A DNA stretch of 64,000 nt, taken from assembly GCF_902652985.1 (NCBI RefSeq), contig NC_047028.1:20522001-20586000 (forward strand), in the 5' to 3' direction. This document shows, piece by piece, positions 37,856 through 53,000 of the stretch. This DNA comes from Pecten maximus. Its lineage: Eukaryota. Under the pieces are notes generated by a model, which saw only the letters and a program-made list of their open reading frames with translations, made no database searches and was not told where the DNA came from. Numbering within the stretch: position 1 is the first letter of the stretch; the number at the start of each line of letters is the position of its first letter. The translations under genes were made by a program, and so were the position numbers.

Positions 37856-40800
37856 TTAACACCACCCTGGAGTCCAGAAACCGTTGTAGTTTTTCGGGTT
37901 TGCTGATGCCGTGTTCCCGGGGAAGTTGGCAGGCACCATTTGAGCGTGGTACTCTGCCATCCTCTTGCTCAGCTGTTCTACTATATCTCTGTGTGTTAGT
38001 GACAGGTCTCGGTGTTCGTAAGGGTCGTCTACAAAATAGTTCAAAATGGTAAAAAACATGGAGGATATGAAGAGATTCAATAATTTATATATGGTGTGAT
38101 TTTGAGTACAAGGCCAGTGCAGAGGGATAATATTTTCTGTTATGACGGTACCTTAAAGTAAACGAGTATATGAGGATAGGTGTTTAGGATACATCAACAA
38201 ATTCAACCACAAGAGGTGTAGATCAAAAGAGCAGTTAAGAAAGAAATACAATATATCGTGTATTGTGATAGTAGTATCTGATCAGAATTTGCAAAAGGGA
38301 TTCCAGATCAGTTATTGGTCTCACTGTAAAAGACATAATATACCTATAATTCTGCAGCGCCTACGTCGTCTGGTACCATTCCCTAAACGGAAACCATCCC
38401 GACCTCTTCTATTAATTAGTAAAGACTTATAATTTGCATTTATCAATATAACTGTTATTACCTTTTAGGTTGAATAGTTGTTTTCCTAAGTAACTTGAAT
38501 GTTGTTCCTGTGTGGAGTTTTCGGCATCATGTTGAATCCCTGAGACAGTTTCCGGTTTATACCAACCTGAATATGCTCCCGGAAATCCATCGATCAACTT
38601 GTAATCACCAACCCTTTTATAGAGAATATAAACATATTATTTAGGGTGAAATAGATAATTTTACTGTACAATTTCTACCACAATTTGATAATTATTGTTT
38701 TCTATGAAACAATGACTTATAAACAGAATGGAAGGATTTGATTTCAGTGCAATCCAGATCAAAAGCTCTTTCCATAATCTAAATCGTGAAAGATTATTAC
38801 ATAGTTATTATCAGCGAAACATGGCATACTACGTTACACGAGTTCAATGTGTTAGAAAAAGGTCCGATAAATGTCATAAGCATTTCATAAAAATGAACGT
38901 TCTAACGGTCTAATAGCATTTGACCTATCCTGATCAAGGGCAGTTTAGACCATTTGGGTGTGACCAAATTAACACTGACAATTAGACAGTTCCGTATAAT
39001 AGACAGAAAGGGGTGTTACTCTACCAAAAGTATGTTATTCACACGAGAATGGTCGCTTTATAAGCCATGACTTAAATATATTCTCTTGCTTAAGAGGCAA
39101 GTGAAGGTATGCGTTTCGGAAAATGTTGTCTTGAACTACCTTAATGAGAGTGTATAATCATTTGAACTAAAATATGTTTTTTTTTTTTTTAAATATGACA
39201 TTGTACATTGTATTATTATACGTTACGGACTGGTGCTCTGAAAGGTGATTTACCTGATAGCTGCGTGACCACAGATAGGCGGGTTCATGTCGTCAAGGTT
39301 ATATATAAATTCCGTCCTCTTAGATGGCGCTCCAGTCTTCAGGTTATCCCATTGGTCAATACCATCCAAGTCCGTATCAACTTTGTGAAATAAGGTGCGA
39401 ATAGAAATGTTATTATATATCCACGATCATAAACTAGCAGGTAGTTATCAATAAGGATTAAAACACATTTTATTGTTACCTTGACTTTCTCACTAAAATT
39501 TATTGCATTCAGTAGAAATTGAAATTACGTGTTTGATTTAACAACTTATTGATCATTTGGTATGGAACAAATCGACTACCTGGTTTTCCTCCTGCAGCTG
39601 AGAGTATCGTAGGCATCCAATCCACAGCATGCATCATGCTGCAAAAAATGATCAAATGATCCTGTTTGATATATGTATGATATATATAAAATAAATAAAT
39701 AAATAGAGGTGTAAATAAACCCGGAAATCGATAACACAGTGCCAAAATATGAACATGATATAGGCATGCTCAGTGTTAAAGAAGATACCAGCAAAGTTCA
39801 TAGGGAATAAATCAATAACCATCGTAAAGCGTATATCATACGATGTTAACAAATATTTCTTTCCTGATGAGAGCATGATGTCGACCACAAAACATCATCT
39901 TAGGACTTCATCTACCAATAATGTATGAAGGAAAAAAGGAATGAAAACATCCAATGAAAATAACGGCATTTTGAAAGAGAAAAAGCTTACAAGCAAGCAT
40001 GAAAGAGATAGTAAATGTACATATGAAAACATATTCATGAAACTTGTAGGAGAAATTGTTTTGTTATAGCATTGAAATATTCCTCTACACTATGCTTTTT
40101 ACTTCCCTATGAAATGGAGTTTTCTCCCTTTATCTATAGAACTTGGTACTTATTTAAGAAAGCGCGTCATGTTGAAATATCTGTCAAAAAATGCCGTTCA
40201 TACACCAGTGAACAACAAAAAATAACAATAATGTCTTATATTTACATTTCAAAACTATTTTTCAACGTTATCTTTAAAGAAAATAATAAGAAACAATATT
40301 CTACGCTCGTTATACGTAGTGACGAAACAGCTGAATGATCGATGTTACAGCATAACAGATAGTTCCAATTTGGCGGGAAAGGTAATCAAGTACACAAGTA
40401 CACAAAATATAGTTCCACACAAATTCATTATTTTAATCATCATGAAAGAAAAATATTGAAATGTTGTCTTCAATTTTACAATTATTAAGTTTTAAAATTG
40501 ATAAAACATTATTTCATGTGTAATCAAACGCGAATTCATATTCACACTTGTCAACAATGTACTGTATGTATTCATACACGGCAGGTTAATTGTTCACCTA
40601 GGAATGAACGCTAATTGTGTTAGTACCTTCATATAGAGAACACACAGTGGAAATGTAAATAATGCAGAGTAATTTATGCCATATTTTTATGTGTAACAAA
40701 TTCTGAAAGGACTTACATAGGTATAGCCTGGTGTTCCATCCAATTAACATATGAACAGTAAATAAAATTTTGTTGACATTAACAAATTTGTGAACATTGA

Positions 40801-43800
40801 TTGTTAATGGGACATCCCATCTGACGCAAGGAAAGAAGTTTGTGCCACAATAGATATTAAACAATTCTTACCCGTTATATGTGTATCCGGTTTTCAACAG
40901 TCCTGCCCCACTAATGAATGCAGATGCTCTTGTGCCTCCTTCATATACGGTAGCCTTCCCGCCACGTAGTGGATAGTTATTGCCATGGAAGGTTGTCCAT
41001 CCCCCGTTCTTATAAAACATGCAATGCTTATGAATTATTATTAATAACAACGTATATATATAAACGATATGTAAAACATTGATGCGTCCACTATCATGTA
41101 ACAAACTTTCATTCAATAACAAAAGTCAAGTTTTGCTACATCTGAGGTTTCAAACATCACACAGCGTAGGAATACACTTAAAACATGCATTTATCATATA
41201 TGGGGTTTTAGAGCAGATACTATATAAGTGTAAGCAAGCAAAAATATTTACAAAGGAAGCATGTTAGACATAACATATCCACCTAAATGTTAAAAAATAG
41301 AAACAATAACAACGTGTGAAAGACTTCTTGAAGAACAGAGATTTACTACTCATAACTATATGTAACTGGAAAGGAAACACACAAAACAAAACTAAAATGA
41401 AATGTATGTTTTGACTTACGTCGGCGGTGAAAACGAAGAGTGTGTCTTCATACATCCCGTTCTCCTTTAGGGCGGCCGTTACGTTTCCTACCAGATCGTC
41501 CATAGCTGTCACCATACCTGTAGAGTAAAGGCGATTTAAGATGACTTATTGCGTTGATATTTATGCTTCGTCATTTGTAAATTGATATCGTAATTTTCCT
41601 TCTTCACGTTTATTGATATATTTGGGACAGACTGATCAAGGCAAGATGGTATGGAATTAGTGGAAAATCGTACACACAAGCAATATTCATTTGATCAAAT
41701 GAAATGGCAAAAAAGAATAGGCAAATCTAACAATTTCATTAAGTCTTAATTGTGTAGGAAATTCGAATATTATCCAATTCACAAGACTTAATCTTATTAC
41801 AATGAATACGTGTGTAGAAATACCATAGAAATAAAAGTGTTCCCTGGTAATGGAACATAACTGACTGATGGATTATTACATTCATAGAGTTGGATATCAA
41901 TGGTATCATGATGTAATCATTAGCAATGGAAACATAGCGGCAATGAAAAAGGTTAAAAATGTGAATGTAGGACGACGGACGATCATGAAAAGTTTGATAT
42001 ATATTTTGAGGAGTCCAGGTGAAACTTATTATTTTTGGTTGTAACAAACTTGCCCTTCACTATCTTCAGGTATCTGGTTTCCATAGTAACACATCTCTCG
42101 AGAGCGACTTTCCGAGGCAACTAGGGTGATTGATAAAGTTGGTGATATCTATACTATATCATAGGTTCACATTTATAATTAATGATTGATATACGTTTAT
42201 AATTACTTATCTTTCATATAAAGATTATCTTATATAAAATCTGCGATACGTACCACAGTATTTTCTTCTCCCTTCATTCTTAATGCTGCTGTACATATTC
42301 TCGTAGCTAACAGGTACCTATCATATATAGAAATAAAATATATAATTTTAATACAGAAATAAAAAGATAATCGAAAAAGAGCAGAAATTTAACTTACTAT
42401 GCGTTAAAACGCTTTGATATATTCTGTTTTCTTGCTTTTATTTTCTTGTTTTTGTTTTTAGTTTTTTTGTTAGTTTTTCATTTTCTGCTTTACGTTCTAT
42501 CAATAATGTATATAGGTTTTAACCAGTTACAAAATTAACATTGACACAAAAATATGTTATAAGTAATGAAGTTTTTTTTATCGCAATTTTACTCGTTACT
42601 ACTAAAGAGCCGTATTGCTCTACTTTGATTGTAACAAAGATTTATTTCCCGGAATTTCTATTGATTATGATTGAACGAATGACACAGTACACGTTTTTTG
42701 AAACAAGTTGTATGCGTTATCAATGTACCTTTTATCAAATCAACTCTTTTAAAGATTAAAAAATGTTGTCGTACCTCTATCGGTTCATGGACAGACTGGA
42801 ATGGAAAATACATGAATAATGGCTTGTCTTTGTCGTGTTGCGAAATGACCTCATTGGCACGCTCGGCATAGATGTACTGAAGAGGAAAAAAAGGTAAGAT
42901 TATGGTGATTTAATTTCCCACAAAACTCAGTAGCCCAACAAATTGTCTTAAAGCATTTAATAGTACATTTTTATAATCCTATCTATAAAGTGTTGCACGT
43001 ATGTTTTCTGCATAGCCAATATATTGTGTTTTGGTACTGTAGAATATTGCATGTGAAATATAATATAATGTAAAATATCGTAAAGGAGACACATGTGAAT
43101 TGCGCCTTTAAATAGGAACGTGCAACTGTTTAGTCTCTTTATAGAAGTCGCTAGTGGTGATAGGTGGAAATGGAGAATAAAAGCCAGAACAAAATTCAGG
43201 AATGCCACCAACAAATGTTAATATATTTGGGTATGTGTATTGCCCCATTATGTAATCATTTTCTTTTTCATATCAGATTAAAACAAAAATCTATTATGGC
43301 TCTGGCAATAATTTCCATACCTTTCTGGTGATTGATTAAATATTACAAATATGATGAGACTTACTGTTGAATATTTGGTAACCTCCGGGACAACAGGTTC
43401 CTTATTATCGCGGAAATCAAGACCACCCGCTGAAAAATAAATGGACCTTAGTATTAATAAAAATATAAGTATTTTTTCACTTTTTTTTTCTTTTTTTTTT
43501 CACTATTGTTTTTATACCTTTCTGGTGATATTTTGTATTCAAAACATACATATACAGTATTTATTGGAGCATTTCTGTAAAGAGGGTACAATTGAGGTAA
43601 TTGGTAACTTGGATATTGCAATAATTTGATGGAATATGTTTTGTATCGTTCAGTAATGACTTTATGGATACTAACCGACAGATCTGTTATAATATTGTTC
43701 TTGACCATTATAGAAGCCATAAAACGTGTCGAATCCTCGATATGTAGGGGTACACTCCCACTTACAGAAACCCAGATGCCACCTTAAAGAAGGAAACGAA

Positions 43801-46299
43801 CTTACACTATTGGTTTATCATCAAATTGTACTCATTTGGGAGAGATCATCCAGCCTTTCAACAGAACTTACTCATGCTGTCGACAATAATGAATCGTTCG
43901 TACTTACTTTCCAAGGGCGTGAGTAGCGTATCCTAGCTTCTTGAGGTATTGAGGAAGAAACGTGCGATTGGTAGGAGCACAGGTGGCTTGTTCTGGTAGG
44001 ATAACCAGATGCTGTAACAAATATTCTGGTTGTAAGGTAAGGTCATGGTTGTTACTAATATTATATCTACCTAGGCTAATATCAGAATTATATATATTAA
44101 TATACTATGTCAATCATCGTGTATGTGGTAAAACAATGTATTATAACTCTACAAATTCTTGCTGGGTAGTCGTGCCCCCACCCCTATTTCATTCTGGCAG
44201 AACACGACAAAAATGATCAATATGCTAATATAATAACTATAATAAAGATACGATATGGATGAATTCGGTATACGCTTTCGACCTACATATCATGTATCAT
44301 TATTTGTACGTGTTATGCTGTCTTAACGGTAGTAATATTAAATTTCAAAATAACCTTAAATTTTTATCATAATGGTAAATCAGCTCAGCCGAGGAAGTTG
44401 GTAAATTGTAGCAATTAGATATAGAAGATATAGAGGTTACACAAAGATGGATATGGAATTTATTTCACTCGAGTAAGTTATTATTTTTAAATCACAAAAG
44501 ACTCGAGCTCTAACAAAACAAAACTGACGTGTGTTAAATACATTCCATATCGACAAATTACGAGTCGTGTGACATATTTCTACCACAATGATATCTGATA
44601 GAATCAAAGAGGAACGTGGCAAAGTCTAATTTCGCATATACATTAATAACAATTGCAGTTCGGGTCAAATGTCACCGTGTCAACCAATCAAAACGCGTTT
44701 AGGGTTTATTCCACGTGAGGTATAAACTGAATGGGTTATTCAACAGTTTTTATGATAGAACACTATAATTCAAAACACTTTCATGAGGTAAAAAGCATGG
44801 CATGCAAGATATTCACCTATGCACAGGACTAACCTAAGGAATGAGAAGCAGGAATGCTATATTTTTACCTGGAGTCCAGCTTTGAAAGGGTAAACGCCTG
44901 TCATAAATGCATTACGGGACCTGTAACAAAGTTAAACCTAAGGTCATCTTTTTAATCTTTTACATGCCCCAACACCATGTACTCAGATAGATGCACAACT
45001 CCATATCTTTATCCATTCTGTTTGCTTGGTTTTCTTTTCTTATTTAAAAAAATAATGGTTTTTTTTTTGTTTTTTGTTTTTGTTTCTTTTTTTCAAAGAA
45101 CATGAAATAAATCTGTATATTCTTGATCGGCCCAAATTAAATTTCCACGTGACAGGCAGGGTATTCTTAACTACAATATATTAATAAAACTTTTTTCCCT
45201 GTCGTATCATCCATAACCGCAGCAAATGTACCCCCCCCCCCCCCCCCCCCCCCTTAATGTAGACACACTAGTATCAGCAGTGTACCGATTAACACTTTAC
45301 GTAACAAAATTGTTCGAACACCATTGCAACTACACTGAATCACAAAAAGAGTTATCGCGTGTACAATAAAACACGTGTTACCTGTAAGATTAAACACAAA
45401 GTAGTCCTACTCACGGTGTGCAGACTGGCTGTACGTAAGACTGATTCAGTATGACTCCCTCGTAAGCCAGCTTGTCAATGTTAGGAGTGATCATGTCGGG
45501 GTTGTGAAATCCTACATCGTTCCATCCTTCCAGGAAGATGTCAGAAAGGTAGTTATTAACTAAACTATGTTGATGCAATTGTCATGATTATGCGCTTGGC
45601 TTTGAATGAAGATGTATGAACAAATAAACAACATAACATCACCGCAATATTTAAGGGAGATGTCGTTTCTTGAACCAAGTCAATGGTCAGCAACTTAAAT
45701 ATGAATGTTAAGTCTCTAAAATAATGGACGTTTTGTTTGCATATTCAAGATTATTCAAGAAACTGGCACTATTTAATCAGAATATGAAAAAACTCTTCAG
45801 TTTTTTTTTATCTTGATCGTACTTCATCATATCATTTAGGGACAATAACCACTATTCCAGGGCGGTGTGAGACAGTTGCCAGCCTTCTGACCGTAGGCCG
45901 GTGGTTTTTCTCCGGGTATTCCAGGAATCATCTACCTCCAGAGGCTGACACTTCCTTAAATGACCCTGGCTGTCAATAGGACGTTTAACAAAAACAAACA
46001 AACCAAACCACTATTCAATCATTTGTTTAGGTACGGGGCGAGGTACAATGAAAAACAAGAAAAGGTAAACAGTGAACATGTGGTCCATTTTTTAGTTTTC
46101 CTCTGGAAGGATAATACTTGGTAGAGTATGCTATGATAATAACGTTGCGTATTAACAACATATAAAAACAAATCATTATTCAGCACATAACATACATACC
46201 ATAGTCATCAGCAACCATAAACACAATATTTGGCGGTTTAGTGTACGCCGAAACGACGAGCAGAGAAAGTACGCAAAGAAACAAATAGTCGGAGGCCAT
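37856..46299 (-). CDS. ARSB: Arylsulfatase B-like sulfatase, copy 2 (483 aa, 14 exons)
   Basis: Exons 46200-46299, 45415-45526, 44869-44920, 43908-44011, 43676-43782, 43365-43429, 42775-42876, 42254-42317, 41420-41517, 40872-41008, 39580-39638, 39254-39380, 38462-38613, 37856-38028; all GT-AG, in frame (1452 nt). Signal peptide, [52 protein letters not shown]. The symbol means ARSB-like; orthology is untested. Confidence 0.95.
44428..44750. mobile_element. Truncated copy of the 12209-12883 element (intron 3 of sulfatase copy 2)
   Basis: Shares ATAGAGG.TACACAA...TTTCACTCGAG, TTCTACCACAAT and the AACCAATCAAAACGCGTTTAG block. Confidence 0.7.
45858..46005 (+). mobile_element. 5'-truncated SINE with 11-bp TSD
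   Basis: TSD AACCACTATTC at 45847-45857 and 46006-46016; V-like core GGTTTTTCTCCGGGTATTCC; (AAAC)n tail; a similar tail lies at ~46755-46802. Confidence 0.8.
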
Positions 46300-48599
46300 C
46301 CTCGACAATCACTCCGATCGGAAAGAGACGAGAATATGATCTACACAGGTAAGTCGTATTTCTACACGAATGATCAGATGATAGAGATAGCCCACAGGAG
46401 ACACATTTATTGAACTGATAACGACTGTGTTATATAAGTTTATATCCGTATCAATACTCCTCCACAGCTTTCAATAAGTTTGTGTATAAAGTTCGAGCTA
46501 TCCACACGTGCTCGGTGGCTGATTAAGGTGTTGCTTAGGCACAACGAAAAGGAGAAAAAGACAAGAGTTTATTTCATGAGCATGTTCCCTTTTTTCTTTT
46601 CTTTTTTTAAGGGATTTTCCTTTCATGTTTTTGCTTTTGATATGTTTGTTTGTTTGTTAGTTAGTGTTTTAGGTAACATCTTACATATCAGCCGCCACAC
46701 ATAAGGTTAAGAGCCTGTCGCCTTGAACGTAAGTAAATATATCTAGTTTATCTATCCTGGCTGTAAATAGGACGCTAAATAAAATAAAACCAAACAAACC
46801 AAGCAGACGAATCGATTATCATTTAGGGTAAACAGGTGCATTTCCACTCGCGTTCCTCTCCCATAGTTGCCCTTATGCATGTTTTTGACGTGTTCTCATG
46901 AATTTAAACTGGCGCAAAAAAATACTGGTATACATGCACCCGTTTTTAATTTGGCACACGTGTTTTTATTCTTGTATCTAAGGTGTTCGGGGTACTATAG
47001 GTGATAAGTCCTTAATTTTACTTGATTGTTATGTGAAAATAAAAATTAAACTTTCCGCGCTAATGCTAGCCAAATTAACAAATGTAAGAACTGCGTCGTA
47101 CTCTGGGACTGGTATGTACCAATGACAATGATAATTGTTTCTTCTCATATATAGTACAGAGAAAATGAACATTAACAAATGGATAGTTAGACATATCACC
47201 ATACAAAGTTGGGATGTCATCATGGAATATCAACCTTCAACCCGCAACATTTACATTTTGTACTTTAATAGCTTAACCGCAGAAATGCATGTCCCCCCAC
47301 CTCACTATCAATGATATAAAGCTATTATTTTATTGGAGGGAGAGAGAGATTTTACAAGAAATTAAAATGCATTCATCCATGTTACACTTAGTCGCTCATA
47401 AATTATATGCCTATATACTGCCAATAACAAGGTAAATGTAAAGTAAAAGTAGCCATTAGACCCCGTTCCGTGGAGTTGACTAGCCGATCTCTTCTTATGA
47501 GAGCCGTCCTATTTATAGATATTTTTTCTTATGAAGGAGGGTGGGGCGGAATTAAGGAAAATGCTGGATGATAAAAAAAAATGTAAAAGGTAATTCGGAA
47601 ATCAGTGATTTAAAATGTATGTCATCATGATAATTTAATTTAAAATTTCAATCTCGGTCCTAGTGTCTGATCACATTAACACTATTTTTTCAGATGGTTG
47701 TTTTTTTAGTCAATCATTATTTTTTTTTGGTAGTTGACGTGCACGCAACTGCGTTTTTGTGTCAATGGTAGCTACGCCACAGATTGCATACTTGCGAATG
47801 TTTAAAATGAATTAGTCGTGTGGGCTGAGTTGGTACGTTGCTGAGATGCTGCGGACAGTTTAACGGGTTAAAATCACTTCGGGAACTGTTTCTCCTTATC
47901 AGAGTTATTTTTAATTGCGTATTGTTTTATATGTGCAATTATTGATGTGCTCATTTTCCTTTGTATTGTCTATATTTGAATTTTCTTTTCAGTTTCATTC
48001 TCTCCCCTTTTTTGTTTCCCTAATTTGTATTGGTGATAGTTCCTGTTTCTGTTGTTTATACTTATGTGGGTATCGAGTTGCTGCTCTCGTGTTTTATAGA
48101 ACGATTCTTCCAAATATCAAAAACACGTATTTTATGCATGCTACACATAAAACTTAAACCAATGATTGAATTGGAAAGGCCAACTTATACAAGAGTACCC
48201 TTCGTTATAGAAACATGATAATTATCATCATCAGAAATAATGTATTGAAAAGCTCATCATAAGATGGCTAATTCAACATCAGCATTAAAACAAAACACAA
48301 TTCATCAAAAGAATCTTGCAACAATATATATGACAGTTGGTATCCTTAGGTTGATATTCAACAGATTCTCCGCAATAACGCTTTACTCTTTTACAAGGTG
48401 ATACATAATTGATGGTTATTGCATGGCTTGCGTATATATATCGCATAAGAACATCAAAGAATAAATAATACAAGAATGTAATACTTTGATATACAACTTT
48501 TATTCACACATAACAATATAAAAAAGAAAGAAAAATCTTCATAATTTCTCACAGATAAACATAATGGGAGGCGAAAACAGTTATTTTTTTAACCAATAA

Positions 48600-49720
48600 T
48601 GTATAACTCGTTTCTGTCTTTATTGATTTTTGAATAGAAATATTTCTCTTAATGAAACGCCTTTTAGAGACGCGTTACTATTTCTGTCATGGTGAAAATA
48701 ACGTTTTGAAACGCGTTCCAATTTCAGTTATGGCAAAAATTTCTGGGTGTCGTTTCACAAAGCTTCGTAACTTACGAAATTTGCGTAAGTCATATTTACG
48801 AATTACTAAGCGTTTCACAAAAACTTCGTAACTTACGAACGTTCGTAAGTTACGCAAAAACCTTGCGTAACTTTACGCCATATCAACCCTGTCGTAACTT
48901 ACGAAAACAATTTAAAATCGTGCGCAGGCATGCCCTTTTGAACAGACAATGACGTCGTACTCATTTACAAATTAGCATAAGAGAACGACTATGCCTTGTG
49001 AGCGATTGTTTCGAGGTGGAAACCGGGTTTTGAAAGTCGAGGAGGGATGCTGGCAAAATACACATTGTCATGAAACTAATTGTACGCATATTCGCAGGCT
49101 GTGCCAACATATTGTCTATTTTAAGAACATAATGTAAGTCTTTGGGCATTGAGCAAAATCAGTGAAAATTGCGTTGTTACTGTTTGTTTTAACGCATGAT
49201 AAACAATAAGAATTGGAATTTTATAGAAAAAATGATCTTCCCTCCATAATAAGGTTGTTTTGAAAGAACAAATTAAAGTTCATAGTCTGTGTACGTGACC
49301 CGGGAATTGGACCGGCGTACAATTTTCACCCCAAAAGTGTCGTCCTTTTTTACCTCCAAGTTAGAGAGTGGTATATTTTTACCGGGAGAACGTACGATTT
49401 TGACGTAAGATACGAAAAAAGATACGAACACCTTTGTGAAACGCACTTACGAAATTCGTAAGGTTTGCGTAACTTTTTCGTAAATATTTACGAACGTTCG
49501 TAAGTTACGAAGCTTTGTGAAACGATACCCTGTAATGAAAACCCCTTTTGAGACCCGTAATTCTTTCTGTTATAGTGAAAACCATTCTTGAGATAAGTAA
49601 CTTTTTCTGTCATGTTGAAAACCTTAATTCGAGATGAGTAACTCTTTCTGTAATGGTGTAAACCCTTATTTGAGATAAGTAGCTCTTTCTGTCAAGGTGA
49701 AAACCCAGGATTGAGATTTT
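48600..49720. repeat. Degenerate ~40-bp tandem repeat interrupted by a MITE
   Basis: TTTCTGTCATGGTGAAAA...TTGAGA..GTAAC units on both sides of the insertion. Confidence 0.65.
48746..49529. mobile_element. PIF/Harbinger-like MITE (784 bp)
   Basis: ~33-bp TIRs GGTGTCGTTTCACAAAGCTTCGTAACTTACGAA / TTCGTAAGTTACGAAGCTTTGTGAAACGATACC; CTG TSD at 48743-48745 and 49530-49532; subterminal TTACGAA/TTCGTAA arrays. Confidence 0.85.
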
Positions 49721-50000
49721 CCATTGCCTTTAACTTATAACTGTTTTGTCATGACGCGAGCCCTTGTTTGAAAGTATAAATATCCTGAATGTTATGTGAA
49801 GATACAGATTACTGAAGGAATTAACGTGAATATGAAAAAAAAAACTCATCTAGAGGGACATCGTGTCCAATTACACATGGCTATTTTTCAGACGGACATT
49901 ATGTAAATAAAACATGGCCATCTTTCAGGCGTATATTGTGTCAAAACAAACATGGCCATCTTTCAGATGGATATCGTGTCAAATTGAACTTAATCATGTT

Positions 50001-53000
50001 TCAGCACCAGCCAGGGGACCAATATCCGCCAAAATTCTTAGGATTGGATGTGTCAGAATTCTGCGGGTAATTTGCGGGAACCATCTGTTTATGATATTCT
50101 GCCATTTTCCTACTGAGTTCCTCTACAATCTTGACGTGTGATACGGATAGGTCGTGTCGCTCGTACGGATCATCTAAAATATAGAAAGTGTAAAATCGTG
50201 TCGTCAGCTGTTCAACTCACATCTATACATTATGTATCATATGCAGGTTACCTGTTACACTTAAAGATTATTTAAATATAACTTTATATAAATGTATAAA
50301 TGGATTACATTTCATAAGTTGTAGATGATTTAGTTGATAATTCAAACGGACATTGTTATAACTAATTGAATAATACCTGTACTTTTGTGTCTTGTATCTT
50401 AGTTTCTAGTGATACAAATGATAAGCTTCTTCATTGATCTGATGTGGATGGTAAAAGAAAATACAACAATAAGTATGTACTACGAACCCTTTAAATTATA
50501 CAGCTCTCTACCAAGCAACCTAACGTTTCTTTCTTGGTCTTTTAACTCCTCCTCTTCGCTATTAGTGCTTTCTGTTTCGGTTTCCGGTTTGTACCAACCA
50601 GGATAGACACCGGGGAAACCTTCAATAAGCTTATAGTCCCCAACTCTGTTTTAACAAAACACAGGTAAAGCAGGATGTTATGTGAGGTCTCGTTGTTATG
50701 AAAATAATTGCACCAAAAACTCACCTCGTCAGTTTGATGATTTATGTCGTTTATACCAAATATTGAGTATAAAACAACATCATACAGATGATTCGTCCTT
50801 CTCGAACTCGCCACAGGTGTAAAGTGTTGGAAGTAGGAACGTAGAATGAACAAAATGTGTCACGGAATAATATTATGGAAACCAAAGGGGATGTACATTG
50901 TATATAGCCCTTTATCTTTGAACTTAAGAAGTCCAAGGTAAATACTGTGCATATCTTTATTGAACAAGAGTTTTATTATTATTTTTAATAATCTACCTGA
51001 TGGCAGCATGTCCTTGTGTAGGAGGATTGATATCATCAAGATTGTATATGAACTCGGTTCTTTTGGATGGTTCACCAGTCCTCAAGCTCTCCCATTGGTC
51101 AATGCCATCAATTTCTGCTCGCAACCAATCATAACATATGTTTAGACAATCATTTAGAAGAAAATCATACATTCGAACCTCGTTATCTCATCATGAAACA
51201 AATCAACATTTCCCGAGTATATTTTATATAGAGTTTTACTGTCGAGAATGAATGTGTACTTCGAGTTCAGCAGGGTCTACTTGTTATCAGAGTTCGGGTT
51301 AATGCAGTTTATTGAAGCATTTTTTCCTCTTATGAATTAATGTAGAGATCAAGGAATACGTTTTACGTTATATAACATTCAAATAGATATGGCATTATCT
51401 AATTCCATCTTTCAGTTTGATAGTTCATACAGATGATTTTATAAAATATCGAAATGAGAGACACAATGACGTACATATCATGTTAGAAAGGACAGGTGAA
51501 ATGTATATATATATATATATATATATTTGTTTACTTTTACCATTTGTACACCACCTAGGGTGTTTTCTAATTTATTTCGATAGGCCCGCGGCGAATTAAT
51601 TATCGGCCGAGGGGGATCGTTTTTACAACCTAACTATATTTATTGTTGTTTATACCCACTATATTTGTGTAACTGTTCCATGTTCTGTGTCTATATGTGA
51701 TCATGTGTAATTTACCTGTGTCTTGATAAAGAAGTTGATTGCCTCGAATATTCGACAATTTACTTGTCTGTACTGTCATTATTACTACTTGTGAATTATA
51801 TATATAATATATATATATCTATACTTACAGTATGCGTTTGATTTTCCTTAACTATACCCATACGCTATATTTTTGATTGTTATCTGACTCATTATATAAA
51901 TGGATATTAATCAAATTTGACTGTTTTCCTATAAAACATGCTACCCATGAACTGTTGCCCGGTCACATGATTTACCGTGAATGCTACCCATGAATTGTTG
52001 CCCGATCACGCGCTGCCCAATCGAACGCGCCTAATTACAAACGTACAGATGACAGTGACTACACTACTTGTCGTCGACAGGTTTGTAAACATCGGTCCAC
52101 TGTAAACCTGACTTTAAGGTTTGAAGACATGAACGATGACAAGCTTTTAAATCTCATAGAAGACATCAAGGGTTCTGTGAGATATTGAATTTTGAATTTC
52201 AGACTTTTTTTTTTTTTTTTTTTGTTATTATTTATTCACCTCAATATTGTACTCTTCGGCCTCGGGGAAACAGTTCACCTCGTCAGTACTAACACCTCGT
52301 GAAAACAGTTTTGACTGTTGAATGATGAGGCATGAAACGACTGTTTACTATTACACGGCTAAAAATCACTATTGCAAAGTCACCTGCGAATTATTGAACA
52401 CTTGTGACACTTTGGAATCTGGTCACGTGCGAACTATTGAACACTTGTGACGTTTCGGAATTTCGTCCTACCCTTTCAAGCGTTGAAGTCACTCAGATAT
52501 CAACACTGCCGACGACAGTTATCGAGATCTCAGTGGTTCTTACTATGTTTAAGTGATCATGTAATAAAACAGGTATATCATGAATGTCTGCAATTGCTCA
52601 GAATATTTGACTCTCGGTACTGGTAATCAACCACTGTTCAATTGCATTTTGCCTTCGGATTCGTGCATAGAACATCAGTCGATTACCAGTACCTCGTGTC
52701 AAATATTCTAGACTATTACACAGACACCCGTGATATATTTGTATAATTATAGACCTTACCTTCAGGTGGTGTTCCACCGGCGGCTGAGATAATTGTCGGC
52801 ATCCAGTCTACAGCATGCATCATTCTTGAAAATGAAGGAATTATGAGAGTGAACCTCTACTTTACTTTTATAAAACCAGTATAATCTTGTGGTTACGCTT
52901 TAGAACTGAAACTAACATTTATTTTTGTTAACCCCCGGGTCTAAAAAAGGTCACTTCGCTTCGCCATCTACGATCAAGATACCGAGTAGATCGTCTTTAT

